The position numbers were made by a program, and so were the translations under genes. A model generated the notes under the pieces. The model was not told where the DNA came from. It worked only from the letters and a program-made list of their open reading frames with translations, and ran no database searches. A stretch of DNA of 64,000 nt from Parcubacteria group bacterium (GTDB taxonomy: Bacteria; Patescibacteriota; Minisyncoccia; Phycocordibacterales; Phycocordibacteraceae), in assembly GCA_028286615.1 (NCBI GenBank), contig JAQBRG010000003.1, positions 13,125-77,124 on the forward strand, given 5' to 3'. Within the stretch, counting starts at the first letter, position 1; each line of letters begins with the position of its first letter. Shown in pieces: positions 1 to 8,529 of this stretch.

Positions 1-20
1 ACGCCCAATGTGGGCGTTTA
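1..20 (-). terminator. Hairpin downstream of tRNA-Tyr, probable terminator (cut off by window edge)
   Basis: ACGCCCA-atg-TGGGCGT inverted repeat about 20 nt 3' of the tRNA. Confidence 0.45.
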
Positions 21-40
21 ATTCCAAGACTTATTTAAGG

Positions 41-122
41 TGCGCCGGGGAGGATTCGAACCTCCGAAGCCAGAGGCGGCACGTTTACAGCGTGCTTGTT
101 TTGACCACTTACCTACCGACGC
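41..122 (-). tRNA. tRNA-Tyr (GTA)
   Basis: Reverse complement folds as a cloverleaf: acceptor GCGTCGG/CCGGCGC plus discriminator A, anticodon arm GCACG-CTGTAAA-CGTGC, long variable arm, T arm GGAGG-TTCGAAT-CCTCC. CCA is not encoded (CCT), and the D stem has a G10-A25 mismatch. Confidence 0.92.
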
Positions 123-897
123 ATGAAAAGTTTTCAAAGCGCTGCTGGTGCTTCGTGTTCGCAGGTTTTATTTCGCGAAAGAAGCGCTCAACGTCCTTGC
201 GTCGAGTCAAATACACTACCACTCCTGCACTGATCTCAGACGGTTTGTATTCTAGCTCAATTAGAATACGTCGTAAAGAAACTAGCATGGGCAAGGACAT
301 GTTAGTAAGGGAGATTTGTATACCGAACTTTAGCTTATATACTGACCCGTCTGTATCAAAGAAACCTTTAAGAAAGGCCACTTTCCATTCCTTTCTTTCA
401 AAAATCCACGAAGGGACATCAACTTGTGACGCAACTTTGTTATAAACCAAACCTTCCTTCTGTAGCCATCTAGTTAATTCTACTGATCCAATATAGACGT
501 TACGATAACCATCCTTTCGTACATTAATAGTTGCAGGCGTATTGAAGAGATGTTCCATTAACGAAGCTACGTACTCAACGTACGGAAGTTCCTTTGTACC
601 AAGCGTCACTGTTGCTTGAAAAGGAGACAAATGTCCGTCGCCCAACATAATACCCATGAACTCGGCTAAGAGAACAGAATACTTTGGGAGCACAATATTT
701 TGCTTCTTATTATTGTGTCTCGGCTTCTTATCTGGCGTACACCTAATTCCTAAGCGTCCCATTCGTGCATACAACGTGCTTTCCTTTAAATTTAAGGCAA
801 TAGCCACCTCTCCAAGGGATAAGTTCTGGATTTCATAGAGTTCTACAATTTCTTTTCTGTAGTTCTCCTCTTCTTTTGTGGTCCATCGATTTGGCAT
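109..897 (-). CDS. LAGLIDADG (DOD-type) homing endonuclease-like protein with N-terminal HTH
   Basis: Two LAGLIDADG helices (LAEFMGIMLGDG, AFLKGFFDTDG); N-terminal HTH-like LSLGEVAIALNLKESTLYARM. Confidence 0.85.
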   Translation of the reverse strand: MPNRWTTKEEENYRKEIVELYEIQNLSLGEVAIALNLKESTLYARMGRLGIRCTPDKKPRHNNKKQNIVLPKYSVLLAEFMGIMLGDGHLSPFQATVTLGTKELPYVEYVASLMEHLFNTPATINVRKDGYRNVYIGSVELTRWLQKEGLVYNKVASQVDVPSWIFERKEWKVAFLKGFFDTDGSVYKLKFGIQISLTNMSLPMLVSLRRILIELEYKPSEISAGVVVYLTRRKDVERFFREIKPANTKHQQRFENFSCVGR

Positions 898-965
898 CTA
901 TCCATACTGCCAAAAGTAAGGTGATGCAGCTGTCGATTTCTAATAAGAAACTGCTGAACTTATTA

Positions 966-2210
966 TTACTTCAATACCAATATCAAAACCTCTCGCTTCC
1001 CTCTCTTTACGAGTGCCAGACCGCTTACAAAGTCTTCTATTGAAAGCATCTGTTCGTTTGTAACGGTCTTACCATTTAGACTTATCCCATTTCCTTCAAT
1101 AAGGCGCTTTGCATCAGACTTTGAAGAAACCAAGGGACTGGTTGCGAGCACGTCAAGAACGCTTAGACCTTTTGTAACATCTGCCTTAAGTACTGGAATA
1201 TTTGGTGCCTCAGCAAGAATGGTGGCGTGTGCCAGTTGAGGCAATTCCTTGAGACTTCCTCCAAAGAGTGCGCTTGAAGCGGCTGCAGCGGTTGCTGCTG
1301 CAGCAGGGCCATGCACAGTCTCGGTTATAAGACGTGCAAGAGTCTCCTGCGCTTCACGAGCTCCAGGGTTTTCTTTGTGTGCTGCTATAAGAGTGTCTAT
1401 CTCGGCAATAGAAAGGAATGTGTAGTAACGGAAGTAGTTCTCAAGTCCTTCGTCTGGGAGTGTTAGCCAGAATTGGTAGAACTTAAATGGAGAAGTCTTC
1501 TTTGCATCAAGCCATACGGCATTGCCTTCAGACTTGCCAAACTTCTTTCCTGACGCATCCGTAACAATAGGACCGCAAAGTGCAAATGCTTCTTTTCCTA
1601 ACTTGCGGCGAATAAGCTCAACTCCCGAGAGAATGTTAGTCCATTGGTCAGAGCTTCCAATCTGGAGGTCTACCCCTTTCTTCTGGTACAGCTCAAGGAA
1701 GTCATAACCTTGAAGAAGCGAGTACGCGAACTCAGTGTATGAGATGCTTTCGTCTGGAGTTTCAAGACGGCGGCGTATGATATCTCGCTTGATAAGCTCG
1801 TTAACGGTGAAATGCTTGCCAATATCTCGAAGGAAGTCGACAAGATGCACTTTAAGGAGCCAGTCTGCGTTATCAACAACTGTTATCTTTGCGCCAACTA
1901 TTCGCTGCATCTGCTCTTTGAGCGCCTTCTTGTTCTTTGCTATAGCCTTACTGTCTAAAAGTACTCGCTCTCCTTTTTCTTTCGGGTCCCCGATCATGCC
2001 AGTACCTCCTCCAACAAGAAGGACAATCTTATGTCCGTCTGCAGCAAGACGCTTCATGGTTGTAAGTGGAACAAGGTGCCCTACGTGCATAGAGTCTGCT
2101 GTAGGGTCTACACCTAAATACACCGTCCTCTTCTTTTCAAGGATGGTTTCTATAGGCGCAGAGCTATGTTCTACGAGTCCACGGGCTTTGAGATCTTCAG
2201 CGAGGTTCAT
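966..2210 (-). CDS. tyrS: Tyrosine--tRNA ligase
   Basis: YLGVDPTADSMHVGH (HIGH), QIGSSDQWTNI, KFGKS (KMSKS), C-terminal S4-like domain. Confidence 0.97.
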   Translation of the reverse strand: MNLAEDLKARGLVEHSSAPIETILEKKRTVYLGVDPTADSMHVGHLVPLTTMKRLAADGHKIVLLVGGGTGMIGDPKEKGERVLLDSKAIAKNKKALKEQMQRIVGAKITVVDNADWLLKVHLVDFLRDIGKHFTVNELIKRDIIRRRLETPDESISYTEFAYSLLQGYDFLELYQKKGVDLQIGSSDQWTNILSGVELIRRKLGKEAFALCGPIVTDASGKKFGKSEGNAVWLDAKKTSPFKFYQFWLTLPDEGLENYFRYYTFLSIAEIDTLIAAHKENPGAREAQETLARLITETVHGPAAAATAAAASSALFGGSLKELPQLAHATILAEAPNIPVLKADVTKGLSVLDVLATSPLVSSKSDAKRLIEGNGISLNGKTVTNEQMLSIEDFVSGLALVKRGKREVLILVLK

Positions 2211-2239
2211 GAGGCAAGTATAGCAGAATATGCTTAATC

Positions 2240-2872
2240 TTAGCCAAGATGAGCGTGGTCATTCCAGGTATATACCCACCATGGCCTGTCCTTGGTCTCG
2301 TCGTACTTAATTATGGTAAGACCCGTATTCTGCGTTCTAAAAGACCACATCATTCGGTCACACTCGTGAGCTGTTAATGCTTCGCCAAAGGTAACTTGCG
2401 CAATAAGTGCTCTTAGAAAGAACCCGTGAGTAACAACAAGAATATGTTCCTCAGGACGCTCCTCCAAATACTGCAATGCTTTTTGTGCACGTTCCTTTAA
2501 ATCATCAAAGTTCTCCTCGTCCGCGAATCGATATCCTGGAACAGTAAAGTTGGCTAGAATATTTTGCTCAGCGATAACAAAATCCTCGTGATCTTTAGGC
2601 TTATCGGTTTGAATGCTGGCTCTGCTTCGTTCAACAAACAATGGTGAGGTCTCAAGTGCCAAACCTGTGCGTTTAGCAACCGCTTCCGCTGTCTGCTCAG
2701 CTCGTAGCAAGGTACTAGCTACGATTGCTTGAACAGGAAGCCGTGAGGCTCTTTCTGCAAGAAACGCAGCTTGCTGCTGCCCTTTCTCCGTTAAGGCTGG
2801 TGCTTCCATCTCAGATATCATGCCTACATTAGCCTCACTCTCCCCATGCCGGATAAGGTATACGGTCTTCAT
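2240..2872 (-). CDS. Histidine phosphatase (phosphoglycerate mutase-like) family protein
   Basis: YLIRHGES N-terminal motif, LLRAEQTA, LVVTHG, C-terminal WNDHAHL. Confidence 0.9.
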   Translation of the reverse strand: MKTVYLIRHGESEANVGMISEMEAPALTEKGQQQAAFLAERASRLPVQAIVASTLLRAEQTAEAVAKRTGLALETSPLFVERSRASIQTDKPKDHEDFVIAEQNILANFTVPGYRFADEENFDDLKERAQKALQYLEERPEEHILVVTHGFFLRALIAQVTFGEALTAHECDRMMWSFRTQNTGLTIIKYDETKDRPWWVYTWNDHAHLG

Positions 2873-2874
2873 GC

Positions 2875-4539
2875 TTATACGGGCAGCTCAACAACGAATG
2901 TAGAACCTTTGCCTGCGCCCTCAGACTCTGCCCACACCTTTCCTTTGTGTGCCTCAATTATGTTCTTAACGATGTAGAGACCGAATCCAGTTGATTCAAC
3001 ATTAACTTTAGTTGATTCTTTGCCGTGTCCTCCCTCTGTAAAGAGATGGTGCATGTCCTCAGCAGTTATGCCCACGCCGGTGTCTTTAATATCGAAGTGT
3101 ATTTTTCCATCCTTCTGTGCAAGCGTTACGTCCACGCTTCCAGACGGTGTGTATTTAACTGAGTTGTCTATAAGGTTCTTGAATACGTTTACAAGCTGGC
3201 CGCGGTCCCCGGTAAACATAAGAGGTGCATCACCGGTATGAACATTAAGCGCAAGCCCTTTCTCATCGGCTACGCGTTTCTGCTCCGTAGCAATCTCATC
3301 TACAAGTGCCTTAAGGTCAAAGGACTCCATCTTGTATGAAACCTTTCCGCTCTTAATATTCGCAGCATTAAGAATCTCTTGAATGGTCTGAGTTCCCTTA
3401 GTGTCTGAGTTCAAACCTTCTTGAAGCATGGGGCGCATGGTATCGGGTACAGGTCCAAAGTCTCCATCAAGCACCATGGAGAAGATGTTTCGAGACTTAG
3501 CAACGAAGCCTTTGATTTGGTGCGTGATGAAGTGGATAAGAGTAACTTGCTGCTTGTTTGCCTGCTCAAGTTCTTTAGCAAGTTTTTCGATACGTTCACG
3601 CTGCTCAATCTCCCTTTTAACGCTTCGAAGTAACAAGTATCCCGCTGTAATAACGAACACAAGGGTAACGTATGTAATGTTGTGAGCTGTACCCACATCG
3701 TTGATCAGAAGAAGAGATCCAACCAGAAGAACTAGAGCCACAACCAGTATCTGTGCACCAAACACTTTAATATTAAAGAGTCGGAATCGAACCATGATGT
3801 ACGCAAGCATGCCTATGAATACAGGCACGCCAAATAGTCCATACTGCCCAATGGTCCAACTATAGTCTCCGAGAAAACTAAGGTCGCTAAAAAGGCTACC
3901 TATTATGTTTCCAAAGGCGAAGGATAGAAGAAAGAGGACAATTCCTGTTGAAGCTAATACAATCTGTTTTCTCTGGTCTCCAGGAGGAGTTTTCATGTGC
4001 CTACCAAACGCAAGCAATATTATCCAAATCGCAGATACGAATTCTAAGAAGAAACCGTAGTAGATCAGCGGACCTTCAACAGCATCCCTGTCACAACTGC
4101 TTAGATCGAAACCTGAAAGCGCGAGCATTGTTGGCGTGAGAACAATGATAGGAAGAAATGGGATAAAAATTAAAAGCTTCTTTTTAAAAGAAATGTCTTT
4201 CTTATCTATAAATACGTATACGAAATAGAGACTAAAAAGATACACAAGAGGCTCTGTGAGAATAGTGAGCGACCAGAAGAACATGGTAAATTCCGGTCTA
4301 TCCGTGGCCCATACGACCAAGTCAGAGAAGAGCCATGTGCCCAAACAAAGAGTTATAAGAAACAGAATTCTAGCCGCAAGCGACTTGCGATTCTTCATTA
4401 AAACAAAAAGTCCGAAACCAAGCGATACTACCAAGGCCGTTATGTGAGAATAATAGATCAAAGGATCAAAAACATTGCTTGAGAAAATCAAGAAACTAGG
4501 CCGCGCCCACTCACATGCTTGTATTACGTCAGAAATCAT
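2875..4539 (-). CDS. Membrane sensor histidine kinase (multi-TM N-terminus, HisKA plus HATPase_c)
   Basis: Many TM helices; H-box FITHQIK, N-box NLIDNSVKYT, G1 DTGVGI, G2 STGFGLYIVK. Confidence 0.9.
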   Translation of the reverse strand: MISDVIQACEWARPSFLIFSSNVFDPLIYYSHITALVVSLGFGLFVLMKNRKSLAARILFLITLCLGTWLFSDLVVWATDRPEFTMFFWSLTILTEPLVYLFSLYFVYVFIDKKDISFKKKLLIFIPFLPIIVLTPTMLALSGFDLSSCDRDAVEGPLIYYGFFLEFVSAIWIILLAFGRHMKTPPGDQRKQIVLASTGIVLFLLSFAFGNIIGSLFSDLSFLGDYSWTIGQYGLFGVPVFIGMLAYIMVRFRLFNIKVFGAQILVVALVLLVGSLLLINDVGTAHNITYVTLVFVITAGYLLLRSVKREIEQRERIEKLAKELEQANKQQVTLIHFITHQIKGFVAKSRNIFSMVLDGDFGPVPDTMRPMLQEGLNSDTKGTQTIQEILNAANIKSGKVSYKMESFDLKALVDEIATEQKRVADEKGLALNVHTGDAPLMFTGDRGQLVNVFKNLIDNSVKYTPSGSVDVTLAQKDGKIHFDIKDTGVGITAEDMHHLFTEGGHGKESTKVNVESTGFGLYIVKNIIEAHKGKVWAESEGAGKGSTFVVELPV

Positions 4540-4709
4540 ATTTGTACTTCAGGTGTGCTTGAGGCTTCCTCAGTATCTATTGTCTGTTCAGGCTCTGGTA
4601 GAAAAATGTCAAAATTTTGAATGACCACATACCTATAGTAAGTAACGCCGACAGAAGCCAGAATTACAAACGCAAACAACCAGAGAAATATCTTTGACTT
4701 CTTATCCAT
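4536..4709 (-). CDS. Small single-TM protein, 57 aa (below the ORF-track cutoff)
   Basis: Hand translation MDKKSKIFLWLFAFVILASVGVTYYRYVVIQNFDIFLPEPEQTIDTEEASSTPEVQI; start overlaps the SET gene end, and its stop overlaps the kinase ATG (ATGA). Confidence 0.75.
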   Translation of the reverse strand: MDKKSKIFLWLFAFVILASVGVTYYRYVVIQNFDIFLPEPEQTIDTEEASSTPEVQI

Positions 4710-5199
4710 GCTTCTTGAGCTGATGGTAAGAATTATACACCCTCTGGAAATAGGTTGGCACGTAGGGCAGGTATTTCTTATACGTGGCTAAAGGTATGTG
4801 CTGAATTGAGCGTACAACAGGTCGGAAGCCTGGAACACTTTTCTTCTCGCCATTTTCCATTTCCCACAAGAGCGTCTCTTCAGTGATTGAGTAGTCGATT
4901 GTCACCTCCTCCCCTTTCTTTATATTTCTTAATGCAACAAAAGTAACCCTTCCTTTTATTCCCATATTTGGGTTACAGGAGTGATTCATATACAAAAAAG
5001 GATACGCAGGATCAATCCACGTATCTTTACCCACTCCTACCCAGTTGGGGCCTTCCTGAGCTGTGCTTTTGTCTTTCACGTGCCATTTTTTAAGTTTACC
5101 TTTAAGAATAAATATAATTTCTCCACGTTTAAAATTACGACTTGCGAATATACCCCTACCCTCGATGGAACTTTCTTTTACATAAATGTTCCGGGTCAT
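4702..5199 (-). CDS. SET domain protein (lacks post-SET cysteines)
   Basis: GRGIFA, YMNHSCNPN, GEEVTIDY SET motifs. Confidence 0.88.
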   Translation of the reverse strand: MTRNIYVKESSIEGRGIFASRNFKRGEIIFILKGKLKKWHVKDKSTAQEGPNWVGVGKDTWIDPAYPFLYMNHSCNPNMGIKGRVTFVALRNIKKGEEVTIDYSITEETLLWEMENGEKKSVPGFRPVVRSIQHIPLATYKKYLPYVPTYFQRVYNSYHQLKKHG

Positions 5200-5205
5200 G
5201 AGTAT

Positions 5206-5700
5206 TTAAGCTTGAACCAAGTCAGTACCCTGCTGATGCTTTAAGTATAGCTTTTTGAAATAGGTAGGCACATACGGTAAGTATTTCTTGAACTGCTCAT
5301 TGGGAATATATCGTATTGAGCGGATCACTTTGCGACAATTGGCTTCCCCACACGAACAAGGCATTTCCCAAAGATCATCTCCTTCGATAATTGAGTAGTC
5401 AACCGTGATCTCCTCGCCCTCTCTAATATCTTTGAGAGCAACCATGGTAACTGTGCCCTTTATTCCAGAATTTGGGTTACAAGAGTGGTTTAGATACTGG
5501 TTAGGTGCATTCGGGTCTATCCATTTGTTTTTTCCAATGCCAATCCAGTTAGGGTACGAAAGAGACTCCTCTTTAGAGGTAATGGCAAGGAATTTAGCCT
5601 CACCCTTTATGTGCTGTATAGTTTCTCCTTTCTTGATATCCTCTCCAGCCGTAACCCCCTGGCCATCAATCTTGCTAGTGCAAATATATATATGCTTCAT
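5206..5700 (-). CDS. SET domain protein with post-SET zinc site
   Basis: GQGVTA, YLNHSCNPN, GEEITVDY, post-SET CSCGEANCR. Confidence 0.9.
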   Translation of the reverse strand: MKHIYICTSKIDGQGVTAGEDIKKGETIQHIKGEAKFLAITSKEESLSYPNWIGIGKNKWIDPNAPNQYLNHSCNPNSGIKGTVTMVALKDIREGEEITVDYSIIEGDDLWEMPCSCGEANCRKVIRSIRYIPNEQFKKYLPYVPTYFKKLYLKHQQGTDLVQA

Positions 5701-5798
5701 AAGCCTTTGCTTTGATTATACTAGACTAATAATGGTAAAAAATGCAATCTTTGGTAATAAGTGTAAAAAGAGGTCTGCATCGCTGGAGCGAGCAGACC

Positions 5799-6380
5799 TC
5801 AAGTTTTTTGGAACTTTTTGTAGAGAACCAACACCAGGATGAGGCTGTGAGTTCCGAGATGCACTACAGGAAAGGCTAGCTCCCCTAAGTGGTTCAGACG
5901 CATCAGCACAACAACGAGGTGCAGAGCGTATGCGACGGACCAAACAGCCCATGGCAGCCAGTGTTCTTTATGCTTGTCTGCCAAGATGTCTCTGGCCATA
6001 GGCCTGAAAGACAGGACGGTGCTTGCTTGGTAGAGCAGGTTTGCAACAAGTGCGGTGGTGAAGAGCCAGAGGAAGGTGATGAAGGTATCCAATCCGAAGA
6101 TCAGCCAATCTTCTTTCTCTGGCTTATCGAGCCGCCCTTTTGCAAACAAGTACCCAACCATAATCATGCAGGCCATGGAACAGGTGAAAGGAAGAACTTC
6201 CTTAACCCAGTCCTCGGCAACGAACGCGTACGACAAGGCGTCCACGAACGCACCGAAAGCCCACATGACCCAAGAGCCGGCGCCTGCTTGTTTGGTTAGT
6301 TTGACGTAGAGGTAATACCCCAGTAATTGCGTCGCCCCGGCCAACAAGCCCAGGGCAACCGAAAAATGTTCGGTACCCAT
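5799..6380 (-). CDS. Hypothetical polytopic membrane protein
   Basis: 193 aa with about 6 hydrophobic segments; SWVMW and PWAVW repeats suggest an internal duplication. Confidence 0.7.
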   Translation of the reverse strand: MGTEHFSVALGLLAGATQLLGYYLYVKLTKQAGAGSWVMWAFGAFVDALSYAFVAEDWVKEVLPFTCSMACMIMVGYLFAKGRLDKPEKEDWLIFGLDTFITFLWLFTTALVANLLYQASTVLSFRPMARDILADKHKEHWLPWAVWSVAYALHLVVVLMRLNHLGELAFPVVHLGTHSLILVLVLYKKFQKT

Positions 6381-6533
6381 CAGGGCCTCCTATGGCTAGT
6401 GTTCAAATATCAAGCAATGAAGCTCTTTTACAGAGCTTTACATCACAACTGACGTGATTATAGCATATACTTGTTATTTTGCAAGTATATCTCTAGTTCG
6501 AAACTATAATAATAGTGGCATACTGTTTTAACT

Positions 6534-7394
6534 ATGACCACCGAATCTCTAGCAACCTATCCAGGAGTACAGAAAGTGTTGGAAGGTAGCGCTGCAGGTA
6601 AGGAGCTCTTGGTCATCGCTGGCATACATGGAAATGAGACATGCGGTATTGAAGCTATGCAAGCATTGCTTCCTACGCTCTCTGTCTCTGCAGGACGCGT
6701 AACATTTATACATGGAAATATGCAGGCCATAGAAAATAACGTTCGTTTTGTGGAACAAAATCTCAACCGGCTGTTTAGACCGTCTTCGGAACTCTCGGAA
6801 ACTCAGAAAAGCTCTTATGAGTACGTTCGCACGCAAGAACTCATGCCACTTATAGAACAGTCTGATGCAGTACTTGATATCCACTCTAGTGCAACAATCG
6901 GATCTCCCCCGTTTGTTATATGCGGGCGTCAAAATATTGATGAAGCCAAAAGACTTCCATTTCCTCTTATATCGTATGGGTGGGACGCTCTTGAACCTGG
7001 CGGTACTGATGATTACGCTTTAAGAAAGGGTGTAAGTGGCATTACCGTTGAGTGCGGTTTTCATAAAGACCCAGAGGCTGTTGTGCTTGCTCAAGAAGCC
7101 ATACGTGCATTTCTCTACCTGCATGGAGCTATTAATAGCTATGTATCAAACTTTACATCAGCCACGCCGCAAGAAATTGAAGTAATTTCAATACATCATA
7201 CAAAATCTGACTTCGTTCCTTCGAGAGTCTTTAAAGATTTTGAGGAAGTTGCAAAAGGTGACGTGATGGGAACAGATGGCAAGGACACAATACACGTACT
7301 TGAACCGGGTGTAGTTGTTTTTGTACGTACACGCACAAGTCCAAAGGAAGAGGCTTTTATTTTCGGGAAAATAGTACCACCAATGTCTATTTAA
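6534..7394 (+). CDS. Succinylglutamate desuccinylase/aspartoacylase family (M14) metallo-deacylase
   Basis: IAGIHGNE (HxxE), NLNRLF, VLDIHS, VECG. Confidence 0.88.
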   Translation: MTTESLATYPGVQKVLEGSAAGKELLVIAGIHGNETCGIEAMQALLPTLSVSAGRVTFIHGNMQAIENNVRFVEQNLNRLFRPSSELSETQKSSYEYVRTQELMPLIEQSDAVLDIHSSATIGSPPFVICGRQNIDEAKRLPFPLISYGWDALEPGGTDDYALRKGVSGITVECGFHKDPEAVVLAQEAIRAFLYLHGAINSYVSNFTSATPQEIEVISIHHTKSDFVPSRVFKDFEEVAKGDVMGTDGKDTIHVLEPGVVVFVRTRTSPKEEAFIFGKIVPPMSI

Positions 7395-7517
7395 AGAGTG
7401 TAAATACAAATGCTACTATTAATAACACACAACGCAGGGTTCATCTTCCAAAATTGTGCAGAGCAACAGAGGTGGAGGTCCCTTCCGTCTCGCTTTTGAA
7501 GTTAAGAAAATCGTAAC

Positions 7518-8516
7518 ATGTCAACAAATAAAATATCACAATCTCCTGCGCGTCTCGAACAAGGAGATCTTGTTCGAGTAATATCTTTTGGATTAAGCTT
7601 AAAAGGAGCATCTCTTTCTCAACGAGAAATTTGCAATATGAATCTGACCGCACTCGGTCTTCGTGTCTCTTTTGGTAAGCATATTGAATCAAGCGATGAG
7701 TTTGATACCTCCAGCGTTGCAGACCGAATAGAAGATTTACACGAAGCTTTGCTAGACCCTGAAGTCAAAATGATAATGTCTGGTTTGGGTGGCATGAACG
7801 CTGCACAAATTCTACAGTCAATAAACTGGGAGTTGTTGAGAGAAAACCCAAAGATATTTTGTGGATTTTCTGATATGGCGGTACTTGTAAATGCCATTTA
7901 CGCAAAAACAGGAATTGTAACTTATTACGGTCCTTTCTACGGCACTTTTGGAATGAAGAAGGGAGCTGAGTATATGTTGGAATCATTCCGATCTTGCATG
8001 CTGTCTGATGATCCGTTTGTTGTTAATCCCGCTCCTGATTGGAGTGATGATTGGTGGTGGGACGATCAAGAAAACAGAACTTTTGTTCTAAATACCGGAC
8101 CCCTTGTTATAAATGAAGGTGAAGCTCAGGGTAAGTTACTTGGCGGTCATATCACATCTCTAGCTACAATTTTCGGAACTGATTTTTGTCCAGACTTATC
8201 AAACGCTCTCCTTATGTTAGAGGAGAATAGTGAAATTAATCCAAGATCATTTGACCGTTTGCTTCAGTGCGTAATACTTCAAAAAGGCTTTGACAAAGTA
8301 AAGGCGATTTTGATTGGACGATTCACCACACCAACCAAAATAACTGACGAGATTCTAATAAAGATTATTCGCAGTCACCCTGAACTCTCTCAGATTCCAG
8401 TGGTTTCGAATCTGAGTTTTGGGCACACATACCCCCAATTCACTTTTCCGATAGGTGGTACTGGTCGGATAAATGCAAAAGAAAACAAAGTAACTTTTGA
8501 GATTCTTGATCATTAA
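7518..8516 (+). CDS. S66 peptidase, MccF-like (microcin C self-immunity / LD-carboxypeptidase family)
   Basis: Ser-Glu-His triad motifs GFSD, MLEEN, FGHTYP; Trp-rich loop DWSDDWWWDD. Confidence 0.88.
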   Translation: MSTNKISQSPARLEQGDLVRVISFGLSLKGASLSQREICNMNLTALGLRVSFGKHIESSDEFDTSSVADRIEDLHEALLDPEVKMIMSGLGGMNAAQILQSINWELLRENPKIFCGFSDMAVLVNAIYAKTGIVTYYGPFYGTFGMKKGAEYMLESFRSCMLSDDPFVVNPAPDWSDDWWWDDQENRTFVLNTGPLVINEGEAQGKLLGGHITSLATIFGTDFCPDLSNALLMLEENSEINPRSFDRLLQCVILQKGFDKVKAILIGRFTTPTKITDEILIKIIRSHPELSQIPVVSNLSFGHTYPQFTFPIGGTGRINAKENKVTFEILDH

Positions 8517-8529
8517 GACTTTATATTTT

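Noticed and set aside
8-445. 145-aa plus-strand ORF
   Set aside because: Antisense to tRNA-Tyr and the LAGLIDADG gene; the text is a typical tRNA shadow translation.
898-965. Possible 5' tRNA half, making the LAGLIDADG ORF an intron passenger
   Set aside because: The tRNA at 41-122 is complete and uninterrupted, and no tRNA half or group I core is visible upstream.
7436-7483. SAM-I or preQ1 riboswitch call
   Set aside because: Only scattered short matches; helix order and conserved cores do not fit, so it is kept only as an unclassified hairpin.
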